The notes beneath the pieces were generated by a model. The model was not told the origin of the DNA. It searched no databases and saw only the letters and a list, made by a program, of their open reading frames with translations. A stretch of 62,799 bases of DNA, the filler included, from Desulfonatronovibrionaceae bacterium (GTDB lineage: Bacteria; Desulfobacterota; Desulfovibrionia; Desulfovibrionales; Desulfonatronovibrionaceae): assembly GCA_046539845.1 (NCBI GenBank). It is 4 parts of 4 records of this genome, joined end to end, with 100 filler letters (N's around TTAATTAATTAA, not from the genome) between each part and the next. Parts side by side here need not be neighbours in the genome. Positions count along the whole stretch, not along the records: positions 1 to 18,669 come from JBKHGE010000039.1; 3 more parts are not named here. One strand, written 5' to 3'. The position numbers and the translations under genes are program-made. Below are positions 1 through 9,729 of the stretch, piece by piece; position 1 is the stretch's first letter, and every line of letters begins with the position of its first letter.

Positions 1-179
1 TGGAACGCAAAAAAAACGCGGCCCCAAGCGAGGAAGAAAATCTGAAACAGGCCATCTCGCACAAAATCCGGCAGAAAATATTCATCCGCTCGGAGATCAA
101 AATGGTAAACCCCGGCGAGCTGCCCCGTACCTTTGGGAAAACCAAACGGGTTTTGGACGAGCGGGGTGAAACGGACTGA
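1..179 (+). CDS. paaK: 3' end of phenylacetate-CoA ligase family protein (partial, starts before window)
   Basis: Manual translation of frame +3: ERKKNAAPSEEENLKQAISHKIRQKIFIRSEIKMVNPGELPRTFGKTKRVLDERGETD*. The PGxLPRxxGKxKRVxDxR end is typical of PaaK-type CoA ligases. TGA at 177-179. Confidence 0.7.
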   Translation, partial: ERKKNAAPSEEENLKQAISHKIRQKIFIRSEIKMVNPGELPRTFGKTKRVLDERGETD

Positions 180-198
180 TACCGATAATAAGCCCGAG

Positions 199-1442
199 TC
201 AGTCCGCTGAGCCCAGTACCGTATTCGACCAGTCGCGGGCCTCGTTTAAAGCCCGGGCGCTTTTTTTCAAATCCAACCCCATTTCGTCCAGCAGCCGCCC
301 CACTTCTTCCCAATTGCCCCGTTCCTGGGCCTTGTTCAGGCTTATCAGACGGGAGAGGGTTCCCTTTCCTCCCAACAGGGCGGCTTTTAGTCCCCTGTTC
401 AGCGGCAGCTCGTCCACTATTTCCTGCATGGGGCGCCGCAAAAGCACGTCCAGAAGGGACAAAAAGCCAAACAAAAACAGGGACTCCGAGCCCAGATCGG
501 TCTCCAGCTGCGGGGCCAAGAGCTGCATGAACTTGCCGCGCTTGGCGGACAGATTAACGATTTCCCTCCCTATGTCCCCGGAGCCCATTTCGGTCAAAAT
601 AACCACCCGCAGCCACTCCTTGAGCCGCATATACCCCATGAGGGTAAGCGCCCTTTGGGTCGACTCCACTTTGTGGGTAAGAGAGAAGGCCGCGGAATTT
701 ATGTAGCGGAAAAGACGGTAGGTAAGGGAAATGTCCTTTTGGACAATTTCGGCCAGCTTGGAGAAATCCACCTCTTCCCGGGAAAGCTCCTTTAAAAGCT
801 CCAATCTGGAAATTTCACCCACGGCCAGCTTGCGCCCCGGTATTATTTCCGGGTGGCTGAAAAAAAGCCCTGGAAAAGACTGAATCCGGCTTCGCGGCAT
901 ACGCCGAAGACCTCGTCGGTCTCAACTTTTTCCGCCAGCATCCGGCACCCGTATGGGCGCAGGAGTTCGGCAACCCCGTATATCTCGGTTTGGTCCATGT
1001 TCAGGACATCCACCTTAATCAAATCGGCCAGCTCAAGCAGGGGTTCATACCCGGGTTCGCCCACAAAATCATCCAGGGCCAGCATATAGCCCTGTTTTTT
1101 GATTTTCTTGCAGGCCTCTATTACTTCCGGATCCGGAGCGACCGTTTCCAGGACCTCAATGGCACTATTTTCCGCAGGGAGAGCCAGAGCGGTGTCCTGC
1201 AAAAGGAGTCCGCGGGAAAAATTAACCAAGCACATCACCGAAGCCGGGACTCCGGAAAAGGCCATGGCGTAGCCGTCGGCTATAACACTCTGGGTGGCTG
1301 CTTCCTCGTCGGAAACCTCGGCCTTATTAACCGCTTCACTGTGGCGGAATAAAAGTTCATAGCCCCATATTTTTCTTAAACGGTCAAATACCGGCTGACG
1401 GGCCACAAAAATATCTAATTCCGCGCCAGGGTTCTGAGGCAC
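199..1442 (-). pseudogene. EAL-HDOD (YuxH/PdeH-like) c-di-GMP signalling protein, split by a single-base frameshift in a T7 run
   Basis: ORF 843..1442 has an EAL-type domain (FVARQPVF, YELLFR, ALDDF, LAEKVET, FQG). ORF 199..900 has the HDOD domain (DISLTYRLFRYINSA, LFGFLSLLDVLL). One extra T in the run at 860-866 fuses them as ...QGFFFSHPE... Confidence 0.85.
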
Positions 1443-1508
1443 AGGTTTCCCACTCCTCGAGGTTTAATCCTTATTTTGTAAAAAACAGGACTTGCTCCCT
1501 GTTTATGA

Positions 1509-2561
1509 TCAGGGAAGCAGGGGGAAGAGATTAAGCCCTGCCTGCACAGGCAGGCCGAACATCAGATTGGCGTTGGCCACGGCCTGGGCCGAAGCCCCGC
1601 GGCAGAGGTTGTCAATAGCGCTGACCGCTATCAGGCGGTTGCTGCGGGGTTCTTTGACCAGACCCAAATCGCAGAACATAGTCCCCCGCACCCAACGGGT
1701 CTCGGGCAGGGTCCCCGAGGGCAAAACGCGAACCCAGGGGCAGTCCCGATAAAATTTGTCATACGCGGCAACAATCTCTTCTTGGGAGAGATCCTTTTTA
1801 AGCTGCATGTAGCAGGTGCTTAGTATACCCCGGTTGGTAGGAAGCAAATGGGTATTAAAGGAGATGGTCATTTCCTGTCCGCTGAAAATGGACAGCTCCT
1901 GCTCTATCTCCGGGGTGTGTCTGTGTCCTCCCAGATTGTAGGCCCGAAAGTTGTCGTGCACCTCACAGAACAGATTGGCCTGTTTGGCCCCCCGTCCGGC
2001 CCCGGTAGCCCCGGATTTGCTGTCCACAACGATCTGCTCCGGGGAGACTATTTCCCGGGCCAAAGCAGGGGCCAGAGCCAGAATAGCCGAAGTGGGATAA
2101 CAGCCGGGATTGGCCACCAGGGATGTCTTTTTGATCCGCTCTGAGTAAAATTCCGGCAGGCCGTAGACCGCTTGATCCAGGAGCTCGCGATGCTCATGCT
2201 CCAACCCGTACCACTGCTTGTATACGGACGGATCACGCAGGCGGAAATCAGCGCTCAAGTCCACTACCCGCAAACCTCCTTCCAACAGCTCCGCAGCCAG
2301 CTTCATGGCCGCCCCATGGGGGACGGCCAGAAAAACCACATCGCAGCTCCCGGCCAGATCACCTACATCCGGCTCGCTTACCACGAGCTCGGAAAAGGGC
2401 AGTCCCTGGGCATAAGGAAAGAGTTCCTGCACGGTCTTTCCGGCCTCCCGGCGGGAAGTCACCCGAGAGAGATCCATTTTGGGATGCATGCCAAGGAGCC
2501 TTAAAAGCTCCATCCCCGAATATCCGGTCCCCCCGACCAGACCGACGCGAATTGCTTCCAT
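1509..2561 (-). CDS. argC: N-acetyl-gamma-glutamyl-phosphate reductase
   Basis: VGLVGGTGYSG, VANPGCYPT, DSKSGATGAGR, HRHTPEI and AIDNLCRGASAQA motifs. Confidence 0.97.
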   Translation of the reverse strand: MEAIRVGLVGGTGYSGMELLRLLGMHPKMDLSRVTSRREAGKTVQELFPYAQGLPFSELVVSEPDVGDLAGSCDVVFLAVPHGAAMKLAAELLEGGLRVVDLSADFRLRDPSVYKQWYGLEHEHRELLDQAVYGLPEFYSERIKKTSLVANPGCYPTSAILALAPALAREIVSPEQIVVDSKSGATGAGRGAKQANLFCEVHDNFRAYNLGGHRHTPEIEQELSIFSGQEMTISFNTHLLPTNRGILSTCYMQLKKDLSQEEIVAAYDKFYRDCPWVRVLPSGTLPETRWVRGTMFCDLGLVKEPRSNRLIAVSAIDNLCRGASAQAVANANLMFGLPVQAGLNLFPLLP

Positions 2562-2573
2562 CTTTTCCGGCTC

Positions 2574-2939
2574 CTACCTTGATTTCTGTACGTATTTCAT
2601 GCGCAGTTCAAAGAGTACATCCTTTAACAGCCGGCTTTCGTCCTGGGTCAAATTGCCGTTTGTCTTCTCCTCAAGCATGCCCAAAAGGTCAATGGTCTGC
2701 CTAGCCATGGACATATTCTCGGTTTTGCTCCCGGTCTCGGGCTCGGGGATCTCTCCTAGATGCATCATGGCCGAGGAGGAGAGGGACATGACAAAGGTGG
2801 AAAAATCCAGCCTGGGCATGGAGGTAGCCTCCCTGTGCCCGGCCGCGGTTTTGGCGAACTCCTCGGCCGCCTTCTGCCTATCTGTGCCGGAAGCACTGTT
2901 TTCTGCATTGCCCCGGCTGAAATCCTTTTCTTCGCTCAT
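2574..2939 (-). CDS. DUF1844 domain protein
   Basis: DFSTFVMSLSSSAMMHLGEIP...ARQTIDLLGMLEEKTNGNL...LLKDVLFELRMKYV pattern. Confidence 0.85.
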   Translation of the reverse strand: MSEEKDFSRGNAENSASGTDRQKAAEEFAKTAAGHREATSMPRLDFSTFVMSLSSSAMMHLGEIPEPETGSKTENMSMARQTIDLLGMLEEKTNGNLTQDESRLLKDVLFELRMKYVQKSR

Positions 2940-2972
2940 AACTCTCTCCGTTTTGCTTTCCGGATCCCGCTT

Positions 2973-4133
2973 CTATTCGTCCTGTCCGCCAAGATTTTGA
3001 TAATAGGCGGCCATGGCCCGCTCCAGATAATCCCTGGAGCCAGTGAACCCATAGCAGCTCTTAAGCGAAGAGCAAAGCGCCTGCAGACCGGCCAGAAGGT
3101 CGGCCCAGTCCACGTAGCCCATATGGCCGATGCGCACAATCCTGCCCTTTAGCTGGTCCTGGCCTCCGGCCATGTATACCCCGTGCTCCCGGGCGGCCGT
3201 GTCCACAAGCCTGGACCCGTCTATGCCCGGCGGCAAGGAAATCGAGGTCAGACCCAAAGTATACGAGGCCGGGACAAAAAGGTCCAGACCTATGGCCCGG
3301 ACCCCGGCGCGGACCATCTCGGTCAAGGCCCGCTGTCTGGCATATACCCGGTCCAGGCCCTGCTCCCGGAACATCTCCAGGACCCGGTCCAGGCCCAAAA
3401 CCAGACTGACCGGGGAGGTGAAAAGGGTCTGTCCGCAGGCACTCTTGTCCCTTTCCCGGGACAGGTGAAAATAAAAATCCTTGGGCCGGGCCTGTTCGGT
3501 CTTGTCCCAGGCCCTGTCACTCAGGGCGATAAAAGCCATGCCCGGCGGGAGCATAAGTCCTTTCTGTGAACCGGTAAGCAGGCAGTCGATTCCCCATTCG
3601 TCCATGGGACAGGGGGAGATGCCCACTGCGGAGATTCCGTCCACCACGGAAAGAATCCCCTGCTGCCGACACAATGCGGCCAGCTCGCGCACCGGATGCA
3701 GCACCCCGGTCGAGGTCTCCGAGGCCTGGACCAGCAAGCCGGAGACATCCGGCCACCTGGAAAGGGCGTTTTCCACATCTGCTGCGCTCACCGCGGTCCC
3801 CCAATCCAGGGGCAGGGCGATCACTTCCAGTCCTCTGGCCTGGGCGATATCCGACCATCTCTGCCCGAACTTCCCGGCCTCTACAGTGATCACCTTTTCC
3901 CCGGGGGAAAAAAGATTATTCACCGCTGCGGTCATGGCCCCGGTCCCGGAGCAGGACAGGGGCAAGACCGCGCCCTCGGTGCAGAAAAGATACCGAAGCC
4001 CCTTGTGTACCCGGTGCATCACTTCTACAAATTCATCTTTTCTGTGGTGGATCATGTCCCGGGCCATGGCCAGCCTGACCTCCTCTGGGATCGGCGTTGG
4101 GCCCGGCGTAAGCAGCCTCTTTTTGTTATCCAT
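2973..4133 (-). CDS. PLP-dependent class V aminotransferase (alanine-glyoxylate/serine-pyruvate family)
   Basis: LLTPGPTP, ETSTGV, VDGIS, GSQKGLMLPPG (PLP lysine), RIGHMG. Confidence 0.92.
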   Translation of the reverse strand: MDNKKRLLTPGPTPIPEEVRLAMARDMIHHRKDEFVEVMHRVHKGLRYLFCTEGAVLPLSCSGTGAMTAAVNNLFSPGEKVITVEAGKFGQRWSDIAQARGLEVIALPLDWGTAVSAADVENALSRWPDVSGLLVQASETSTGVLHPVRELAALCRQQGILSVVDGISAVGISPCPMDEWGIDCLLTGSQKGLMLPPGMAFIALSDRAWDKTEQARPKDFYFHLSRERDKSACGQTLFTSPVSLVLGLDRVLEMFREQGLDRVYARQRALTEMVRAGVRAIGLDLFVPASYTLGLTSISLPPGIDGSRLVDTAAREHGVYMAGGQDQLKGRIVRIGHMGYVDWADLLAGLQALCSSLKSCYGFTGSRDYLERAMAAYYQNLGGQDE

Positions 4134-4188
4134 CTTCTCCTCTTTCAGGCTTGATATTCAGGTCTTTTAAAATACAAACATTGCGTCC

Positions 4189-6729
4189 TCACCCGGAATG
4201 GGTCCGGCTCCAGTCCGGGGCCGCCCCCCAGTCCACGGCCAAGGGAACGCTTATGTCCCAGGCCCTGCCCATGATCCCGGCCAGGACCTCTCCGGCCCGA
4301 TCCGCCTCTGCCTCCGGGATCTCCAAAAGGAGTTCGTCATGCACCTGGAGAATGAGTCTGGCCCCTATCTCCCGCAGGGACTGATCCCTGTCCGCGTCAA
4401 GCATGGCCCGTTTGATTATGTCCGCGGCCGAGCCCTGGATAACGGTATTCACAGCCATTCTTCTGGCCTGCTGGGCCAAGTTCTGGTTGCGGGAATTTAT
4501 ATCCGGCAAAAGACGCCGCCGCCCGGCAATGGTCAAAACATATCCCTTCTCCCGGACCTTTTCCTCCACCCCGGAGAAAAACTCCCCCACTTTTTTCAGC
4601 CGCCTAAAATATGTGGAAATAAATTCCTTGGCTTCGTTCACGGATATCCCCAATTCCCGGCTGAGCTTCTGGGGACCCATGCCGTAAATCAGGCCGAAAT
4701 TAACTGTCTTGGCCTTGCGCCTCTCGTCCCGGGTGACCTCGTCCGGATCGCGGTCAAACAGAAGCGCGGCCGTCCGGGTATGGATATCCTCCCCGCGGCT
4801 GAAAGCAGATACCAGCTCCGGGTCCTCGGACATATGGGCCAAAACCCGCAACTCGATCTGGGAATAATCAGCCCCAACCAGGAGATTTCCCTCCCCGGCC
4901 ACGAAACAGGCGCGCATGCGGGGTCCGAACTCGCCCTTGATCGGAATGTTCTGGAGATTGGGATCGCTGCTGGACAAACGTCCGGTGGCAGTAGCCATAT
5001 TATTGAAGTTGGTGTGCAGCCTCCCGTGGGAGTCCACCTTCTGCGGGAGGGGACTTAGATAGGTGGAGCGGAGCTTTTCCAGGGTCCTGTACCTAAGGAC
5101 CAGACCGATTATCTCGTGCTCCTCTTGCATGGCCTCCAGTACTTGGCTCGAGGTTGACGGTGCACCCTTGGGGGTTTTGCGCCTGACCGGCAGGCCCAAG
5201 CGATCAAAAAGTATCTCCGCCAGCTGCTGACTGGAGCGGACATTAAACTCCTGCCCAGCCAAAGAGTGGATCCTGTCCTCCAAGCCCTCCAGCTCCTGTT
5301 GTACCTCGTTTAAAAACAGATGGAAGGAGTCCAGGTCTATGCGCACTCCCCTGCGTTCCATACGCTCCAGTACAGGGATAAGCGGCATCTCCAGATCGCG
5401 CATGAGGGGAAAAAGACCGGCCGCTTTAAGCCGTTCTTTGAGCTCCTGGCCCGCGGCCAGGCAGACCAGGGCCTCGTTATCCGGGTGGATGCCGTGTTCG
5501 GATGCGAATCTCTGTTTGAGCTTCGACCAGGAATAGTCCCGTTCCTCCGGGTCCAGGAGATAGGCGGCCAGACAGAGATCAAAAAACAGCTCTGAAAAAA
5601 AACCTCGCCAGTGCTCGCCGCGTTGCAAAAGTCGCTTGTATCCGGGAATAAAAACGGTTGTGCACTGCCCGAGCACTACCGTAAGCTCACCCTCTTCCCC
5701 GGTCCAGAGCCATTCCCTCCCACCGGAGGCCAACAAAAAGCCTGCTGCGGTCAAAACCAGTCCGACGTTTTCCCCGGCAAGATCCGGCGGCTCGGAAATC
5801 CGGCGGGATCTTACCGGATCCGGCCGGGAGCTTTCGCCGCTTTCTGCTCGGCCGGAGGCGCTGACCTCGCCGGCAAGGGAGCGCAGTTCATAGGCGTCAA
5901 AAAATTCGAGCAGCTCGCGGTCGCTTTGTTCCACCACCCGGAGATCCTCCAGACCCAGGTCCGGGCAGGCGTCTGTCTTGAGCCCGGTCAATTCCCGGTA
6001 CACAAAGATTTCGTCCAGATAGGGCTCCAGCTTCTTCCGTTCCGCCTTGCCCAAGCGGGTGAAATGTTCGCGCACGTCCTCAAGGCTGGGGCAGGTATGC
6101 AGGATCTTGGCCGCGGTCTTGGGACCGATACCGGGCACCCCGGGAATATTATCGCTGCTGTCCCCGATCAGGGCCTGATAATCCGGCCATTGCTCCGGTT
6201 TCATGCCCTGCTTTTTTAGGACAGTCTCTGCGGTGACAATGCCGTTTTCCTTTTTGCCCGGGTCCCAAAGATAGACCCAGTCACCCAGGCATTGGTACAA
6301 ATCCTTGTCCGAGCCGACTATGACCACAGGATAAATGGATTTAAAACGCTCGCAAAGGCTGGCTATGCAGTCGTCAGCCTCCACACCCTCCGGGACCCGG
6401 TGGGGAATCCCCAGATATTTAACCGCGTCCAGAATGGGGGCTATCTGGACATCCAGATCCTCGGGCATCTTCTGGCGATTGGCCTTGTACTCGGAAAACA
6501 GTTCGTGCCGAAAATTTTTGCCTTTTCCGTCCATGAAAAAAATCATGTGCTCCGGCCTTTCCTCCCGGACAATCTTCAAAAGGATGCGCAAGAGGATGAA
6601 TATCGCGTTGGTGGGGAACCCCTTGGAGGTCTTCAAGTCCGGGTAGGCGTAAAAGGCCCGGTACAAAAAGGAACTGCCGTCCACAAGCAGAACCGGTTTC
6701 TGGTCCAGCCGGAGACGATCCTGGAGCAC
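4189..6729 (-). CDS. polA: DNA polymerase I
   Basis: 5'-3' exonuclease motifs (LVDGSSFLYRAF, EADD, GDSSDNIPGVPGIGPKTA) and polymerase motifs (TGRLSS, DYSQIELRVLAH, KTVNFGLIYG, QVHDEL). The middle 3'-5' exonuclease region looks degenerate. Confidence 0.97.
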   Translation of the reverse strand: MLQDRLRLDQKPVLLVDGSSFLYRAFYAYPDLKTSKGFPTNAIFILLRILLKIVREERPEHMIFFMDGKGKNFRHELFSEYKANRQKMPEDLDVQIAPILDAVKYLGIPHRVPEGVEADDCIASLCERFKSIYPVVIVGSDKDLYQCLGDWVYLWDPGKKENGIVTAETVLKKQGMKPEQWPDYQALIGDSSDNIPGVPGIGPKTAAKILHTCPSLEDVREHFTRLGKAERKKLEPYLDEIFVYRELTGLKTDACPDLGLEDLRVVEQSDRELLEFFDAYELRSLAGEVSASGRAESGESSRPDPVRSRRISEPPDLAGENVGLVLTAAGFLLASGGREWLWTGEEGELTVVLGQCTTVFIPGYKRLLQRGEHWRGFFSELFFDLCLAAYLLDPEERDYSWSKLKQRFASEHGIHPDNEALVCLAAGQELKERLKAAGLFPLMRDLEMPLIPVLERMERRGVRIDLDSFHLFLNEVQQELEGLEDRIHSLAGQEFNVRSSQQLAEILFDRLGLPVRRKTPKGAPSTSSQVLEAMQEEHEIIGLVLRYRTLEKLRSTYLSPLPQKVDSHGRLHTNFNNMATATGRLSSSDPNLQNIPIKGEFGPRMRACFVAGEGNLLVGADYSQIELRVLAHMSEDPELVSAFSRGEDIHTRTAALLFDRDPDEVTRDERRKAKTVNFGLIYGMGPQKLSRELGISVNEAKEFISTYFRRLKKVGEFFSGVEEKVREKGYVLTIAGRRRLLPDINSRNQNLAQQARRMAVNTVIQGSAADIIKRAMLDADRDQSLREIGARLILQVHDELLLEIPEAEADRAGEVLAGIMGRAWDISVPLAVDWGAAPDWSRTHSG

Positions 6730-7737
6730 CTATTTCCCCTCCGCGGTTCCGGCCTTCAGGCCGGGTTTTCCCCTGCCCATCCGCTGTAGAAGGAACTGCT
6801 GCGGATCCCGGCCCTCCATATCGACCAGGTTTATCTCCGCCCTGGCCATTGACCTGTGTCCGCCTGCAGTGCCGCAGTCGGAAAACAGCCTCTCGGCCAT
6901 TTTGCCCATATCCTTGCGCAGTCCGTCTCCGCGCAGGATAATGACCAGTTTGCCTGCACACACCCCCCCGATTACGTCCCAGGAGATATTGTGCACCTTG
7001 AGAAAGAAATCAGCCAGGATAACCAAGATATCCGGGGAATCCACCTCGCCCATGGACACCGCCACCCCCTGATCGATTATCTTCAGTCTCTTAAAGGCCC
7101 GGGAAAAATACTTGAGCCACTCCTTGCGCAGCTCGGAGCGAACGATCTTGCGCAACAAAAGGGGGTTGTAGAACTTGGTCAAATATCGGAAGGCCTTTAT
7201 ATCCACGTCATTGAACTGGCGTTCAAAACTTTGGGTGTCTGTTTTTATCCCATAGGCCAGGGCGGTGGCCAGAAGCTTTCCGGGTCGGATCTTCATATTA
7301 TACAGATATTCGGTAAGAATGGAGCTATTGGACCCGTAGTCCGGCTTGATCTCGGCGAACTGGGCATCCACCGGATTTTCTTTGCTGAGCGGGTGGTGGT
7401 CAATGATCAAGCTGAAGCCCAACTTGGAAAAACTCGTGCTGTGATGTGGCTGGGAGTCCACCAGGGCAAAGCGGTCGAATTGAGCGGCCAAAAGAGGGGT
7501 GTACCTCTGCACCGGAATGCGCAAGAGCTTGATCATGGCCAGGTTGTCCGGACGGGAGATCTCATTTACATGAGCCAGACCCACATGCCCCACCCGGTTG
7601 AAGATCATCCTCTTCAGGGCCATAGCCGAGGCCAAGGCGTCGGGATCGGCGTTCATCAGTATCAGCCAGCGTTCGTCTTTGCGCAAAAGTTTGCCCAAGT
7701 CCTGCAGCCTGTTGTCTAAATTGCGGAAATATGCCAT
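6730..7737 (-). CDS. DHH family phosphoesterase
   Basis: ADPDALAS, LVDSQ, IIDHH, GIKTDT and AGGH motifs. Confidence 0.9.
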   Translation of the reverse strand: MAYFRNLDNRLQDLGKLLRKDERWLILMNADPDALASAMALKRMIFNRVGHVGLAHVNEISRPDNLAMIKLLRIPVQRYTPLLAAQFDRFALVDSQPHHSTSFSKLGFSLIIDHHPLSKENPVDAQFAEIKPDYGSNSSILTEYLYNMKIRPGKLLATALAYGIKTDTQSFERQFNDVDIKAFRYLTKFYNPLLLRKIVRSELRKEWLKYFSRAFKRLKIIDQGVAVSMGEVDSPDILVILADFFLKVHNISWDVIGGVCAGKLVIILRGDGLRKDMGKMAERLFSDCGTAGGHRSMARAEINLVDMEGRDPQQFLLQRMGRGKPGLKAGTAEGK

Positions 7738-7937
7738 GCCTTTCCCGAGTTAAGTAATTTTAGCCATACTTTATTTAGGTCTTTTCTCCAGCAGGCCGCC
7801 CTTAAAAATCCCAATGGCAGCAAAACAGCCATAAGTTCAAGTCCTTACGCACAGACAACCATGCTTGGGGCTTGGACTTTTTTCGCCTTTTCTTAGGATT
7901 TTTTCAGCGGCCTGTGTTGCAAGGAGCTTCTCCACGC

Positions 7938-8468
7938 TCAGCCAAGAGGCCGGTTTTCCGGGGCATCACCCTTGACATGCACGGGGTAGCCGGCCACCGC
8001 CAAACAAACCCTCTCACTCTTGGCCGCCAAACGCAAATGCAGAGCGCCAAGGTCCCGGCAGAAACGCCTTGTCTCCCGGCTAGCCGGGATCGGCCCCAAT
8101 CCCAGCTCACAGGAGACAAATATGAGCCGTGGACCGGTCCAGGCCTCAAGGATCTGCAGCAATGCGTGCATATATCCCTCTCTTTTTTCGGCCTGGATCT
8201 GATAAAGCCAGAAATCCAGGCTGTCTATCAAGACCGACCCAAAGGAACGCCTGCAGCGCTTCACACTGGATAAAAGCTCCAGATCCGCCTCCTCCACCTC
8301 CAACCCGTCCGGCCTATGCAGGCGGTGGCGGTTGATCTGGTCCCGAAAATCCGCGTCCAGGGCCTTGCCAGTGACCACCATTATTCTCGGCCCCGGGGAG
8401 CGAAAGAGTATGTCCAGACCGATATCGCTCTTGCCGGACTTATTCCCGCCCAAAATCAGGGTAATCAA
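7938..8468 (-). CDS. cobU: Bifunctional adenosylcobinamide kinase / adenosylcobinamide-phosphate guanylyltransferase
   Basis: LILGGNKSGKS P-loop, LIDSLDFW, VSCELGLG, RRFCRDLG, VAGYP. Confidence 0.88.
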   Translation of the reverse strand: MITLILGGNKSGKSDIGLDILFRSPGPRIMVVTGKALDADFRDQINRHRLHRPDGLEVEEADLELLSSVKRCRRSFGSVLIDSLDFWLYQIQAEKREGYMHALLQILEAWTGPRLIFVSCELGLGPIPASRETRRFCRDLGALHLRLAAKSERVCLAVAGYPVHVKGDAPENRPLG

Positions 8469-9210
8469 GGTCCATTCCCCTTTTTAGCAGCAGTTTGGAC
8501 AAAATGTCCCGGGAGTCGGCAAACTCCTCCCACGAGAAGAGTTCCAGCAGAAGGACCGTCCCTTCGGGTATATTTCCCAGAAGCAAATCCACAACCCTTT
8601 CTCCCTCCCGGTCCAGGTGCTCCAGACCGAGATGGGCCCCGTTGACCTCTATACCGTAGACATGCACCAGGCCCACCCTGTCCCACAAAGATTTAGCCTG
8701 CAAGAGCCCCTCCTGGGAATAGGCCAGAATATGGCCCAGATCAAGGCACACGCCCAGGTCCAGGTCGAGTATGGACCGCCAGTGCGCCGCAAGATCGTGG
8801 CCGCGGATATTCTCCACAAGCAGGCTGCGGGGGTTGAATCCGGCCCCGACCCACAGGGAGGCAAACTCTTCCAGGTCCCCGGGCCGCTCCGGCGGATGGA
8901 GGACAAACCTTTCCGGCTCCAGGTAGGCCACCTTGTCCAAAAGACGAGAGACACGCTCAAAAACGAATCCAGCCCCATTGCCCCAGGGCAGATCCAAAGG
9001 CAGATGCGCGTGATATGAAAGCCCGAGAAAGGCAATGTCTCCGGTAAGGTCTCGGGAAGAATAGGCAATACAGCTCTCGGTCTCGAACAGGGCAAGCCCG
9101 ATCTCGCGTACCTCATGCTGCAAAAAGAGGCAATTCTCGGCTACAGTGCCCGGAATCAGACAGGAGGGTCCGGCCAAAGGAAAAGTCTTGCGCTCATTCA
9201 TAAAAGTCAA
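8440..9210 (-). CDS. cbiR: Cobamide remodeling phosphodiesterase CbiR-like (AP-endonuclease-2 TIM barrel)
   Basis: EIGLALFE, YHAHLPLDLPW, FVLHPP, LVEN, CLDLGH, HVYG...H, LLELFS metal-binding motifs. Overlaps cobU. Confidence 0.72.
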   Translation of the reverse strand: MTFMNERKTFPLAGPSCLIPGTVAENCLFLQHEVREIGLALFETESCIAYSSRDLTGDIAFLGLSYHAHLPLDLPWGNGAGFVFERVSRLLDKVAYLEPERFVLHPPERPGDLEEFASLWVGAGFNPRSLLVENIRGHDLAAHWRSILDLDLGVCLDLGHILAYSQEGLLQAKSLWDRVGLVHVYGIEVNGAHLGLEHLDREGERVVDLLLGNIPEGTVLLLELFSWEEFADSRDILSKLLLKRGMDLDYPDFGRE

Positions 9211-9337
9211 TGCTCTCCATCCCCTTGATCTTTACCCGCGATTCAGGCTATAGGGGCCGGAATTACTGTCCGGAACGCCTCTTGCAATAATTTATGGTGG
9301 TAACGGTTTATTACTCCAAACTACCGGATCGGCCTAC

Positions 9338-9484
9338 ATGCAGAACGTAAAGAAATTCTTCCAACACCATCTAAATCCCCTGCATCTCTACTGCCGGTTG
9401 AGGAATGCCGGGCTCCAGGGCCCCGCAGCCCAGCGTATGTGCCAGATGTATGAGAAATTCGTCTACAATCTTTTACTCAGATAA
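9338..9484 (+). CDS. Small 48-aa hypothetical protein (below ORF-track cutoff)
   Basis: Manual translation: MQNVKKFFQHHLNPLHLYCRLRNAGLQGPAAQRMCQMYEKFVYNLLLR*. Divergent from cbiR. From memory, the LNPLHxYCRL core resembles a conserved small protein of Desulfovibrionales (not searched). Confidence 0.55.
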   Translation: MQNVKKFFQHHLNPLHLYCRLRNAGLQGPAAQRMCQMYEKFVYNLLLR

Positions 9485-9729
9485 ACCAGCGCCCCAACCA
9501 ATCCCCCGTCTTGTACAAATTTCAGGTTCCTCTCGCAAATCCGGGCTTGCTTTGGGGCCCAAAATCCCCCGTAAAGAAAAGAAAAATGCCAGGGGAGAAT
9601 ACGCAAAGAAATATCTCCGGGGTGTTAAGCGCCAAATATAAAGACTGCCAGGCCCTGCGGGGTAGCAGTCGCGGATAGAGGGACAAATTTTCCGGTTACC
9701 ACGGATCCATGTTTTTTTTCGGGAGCAAA

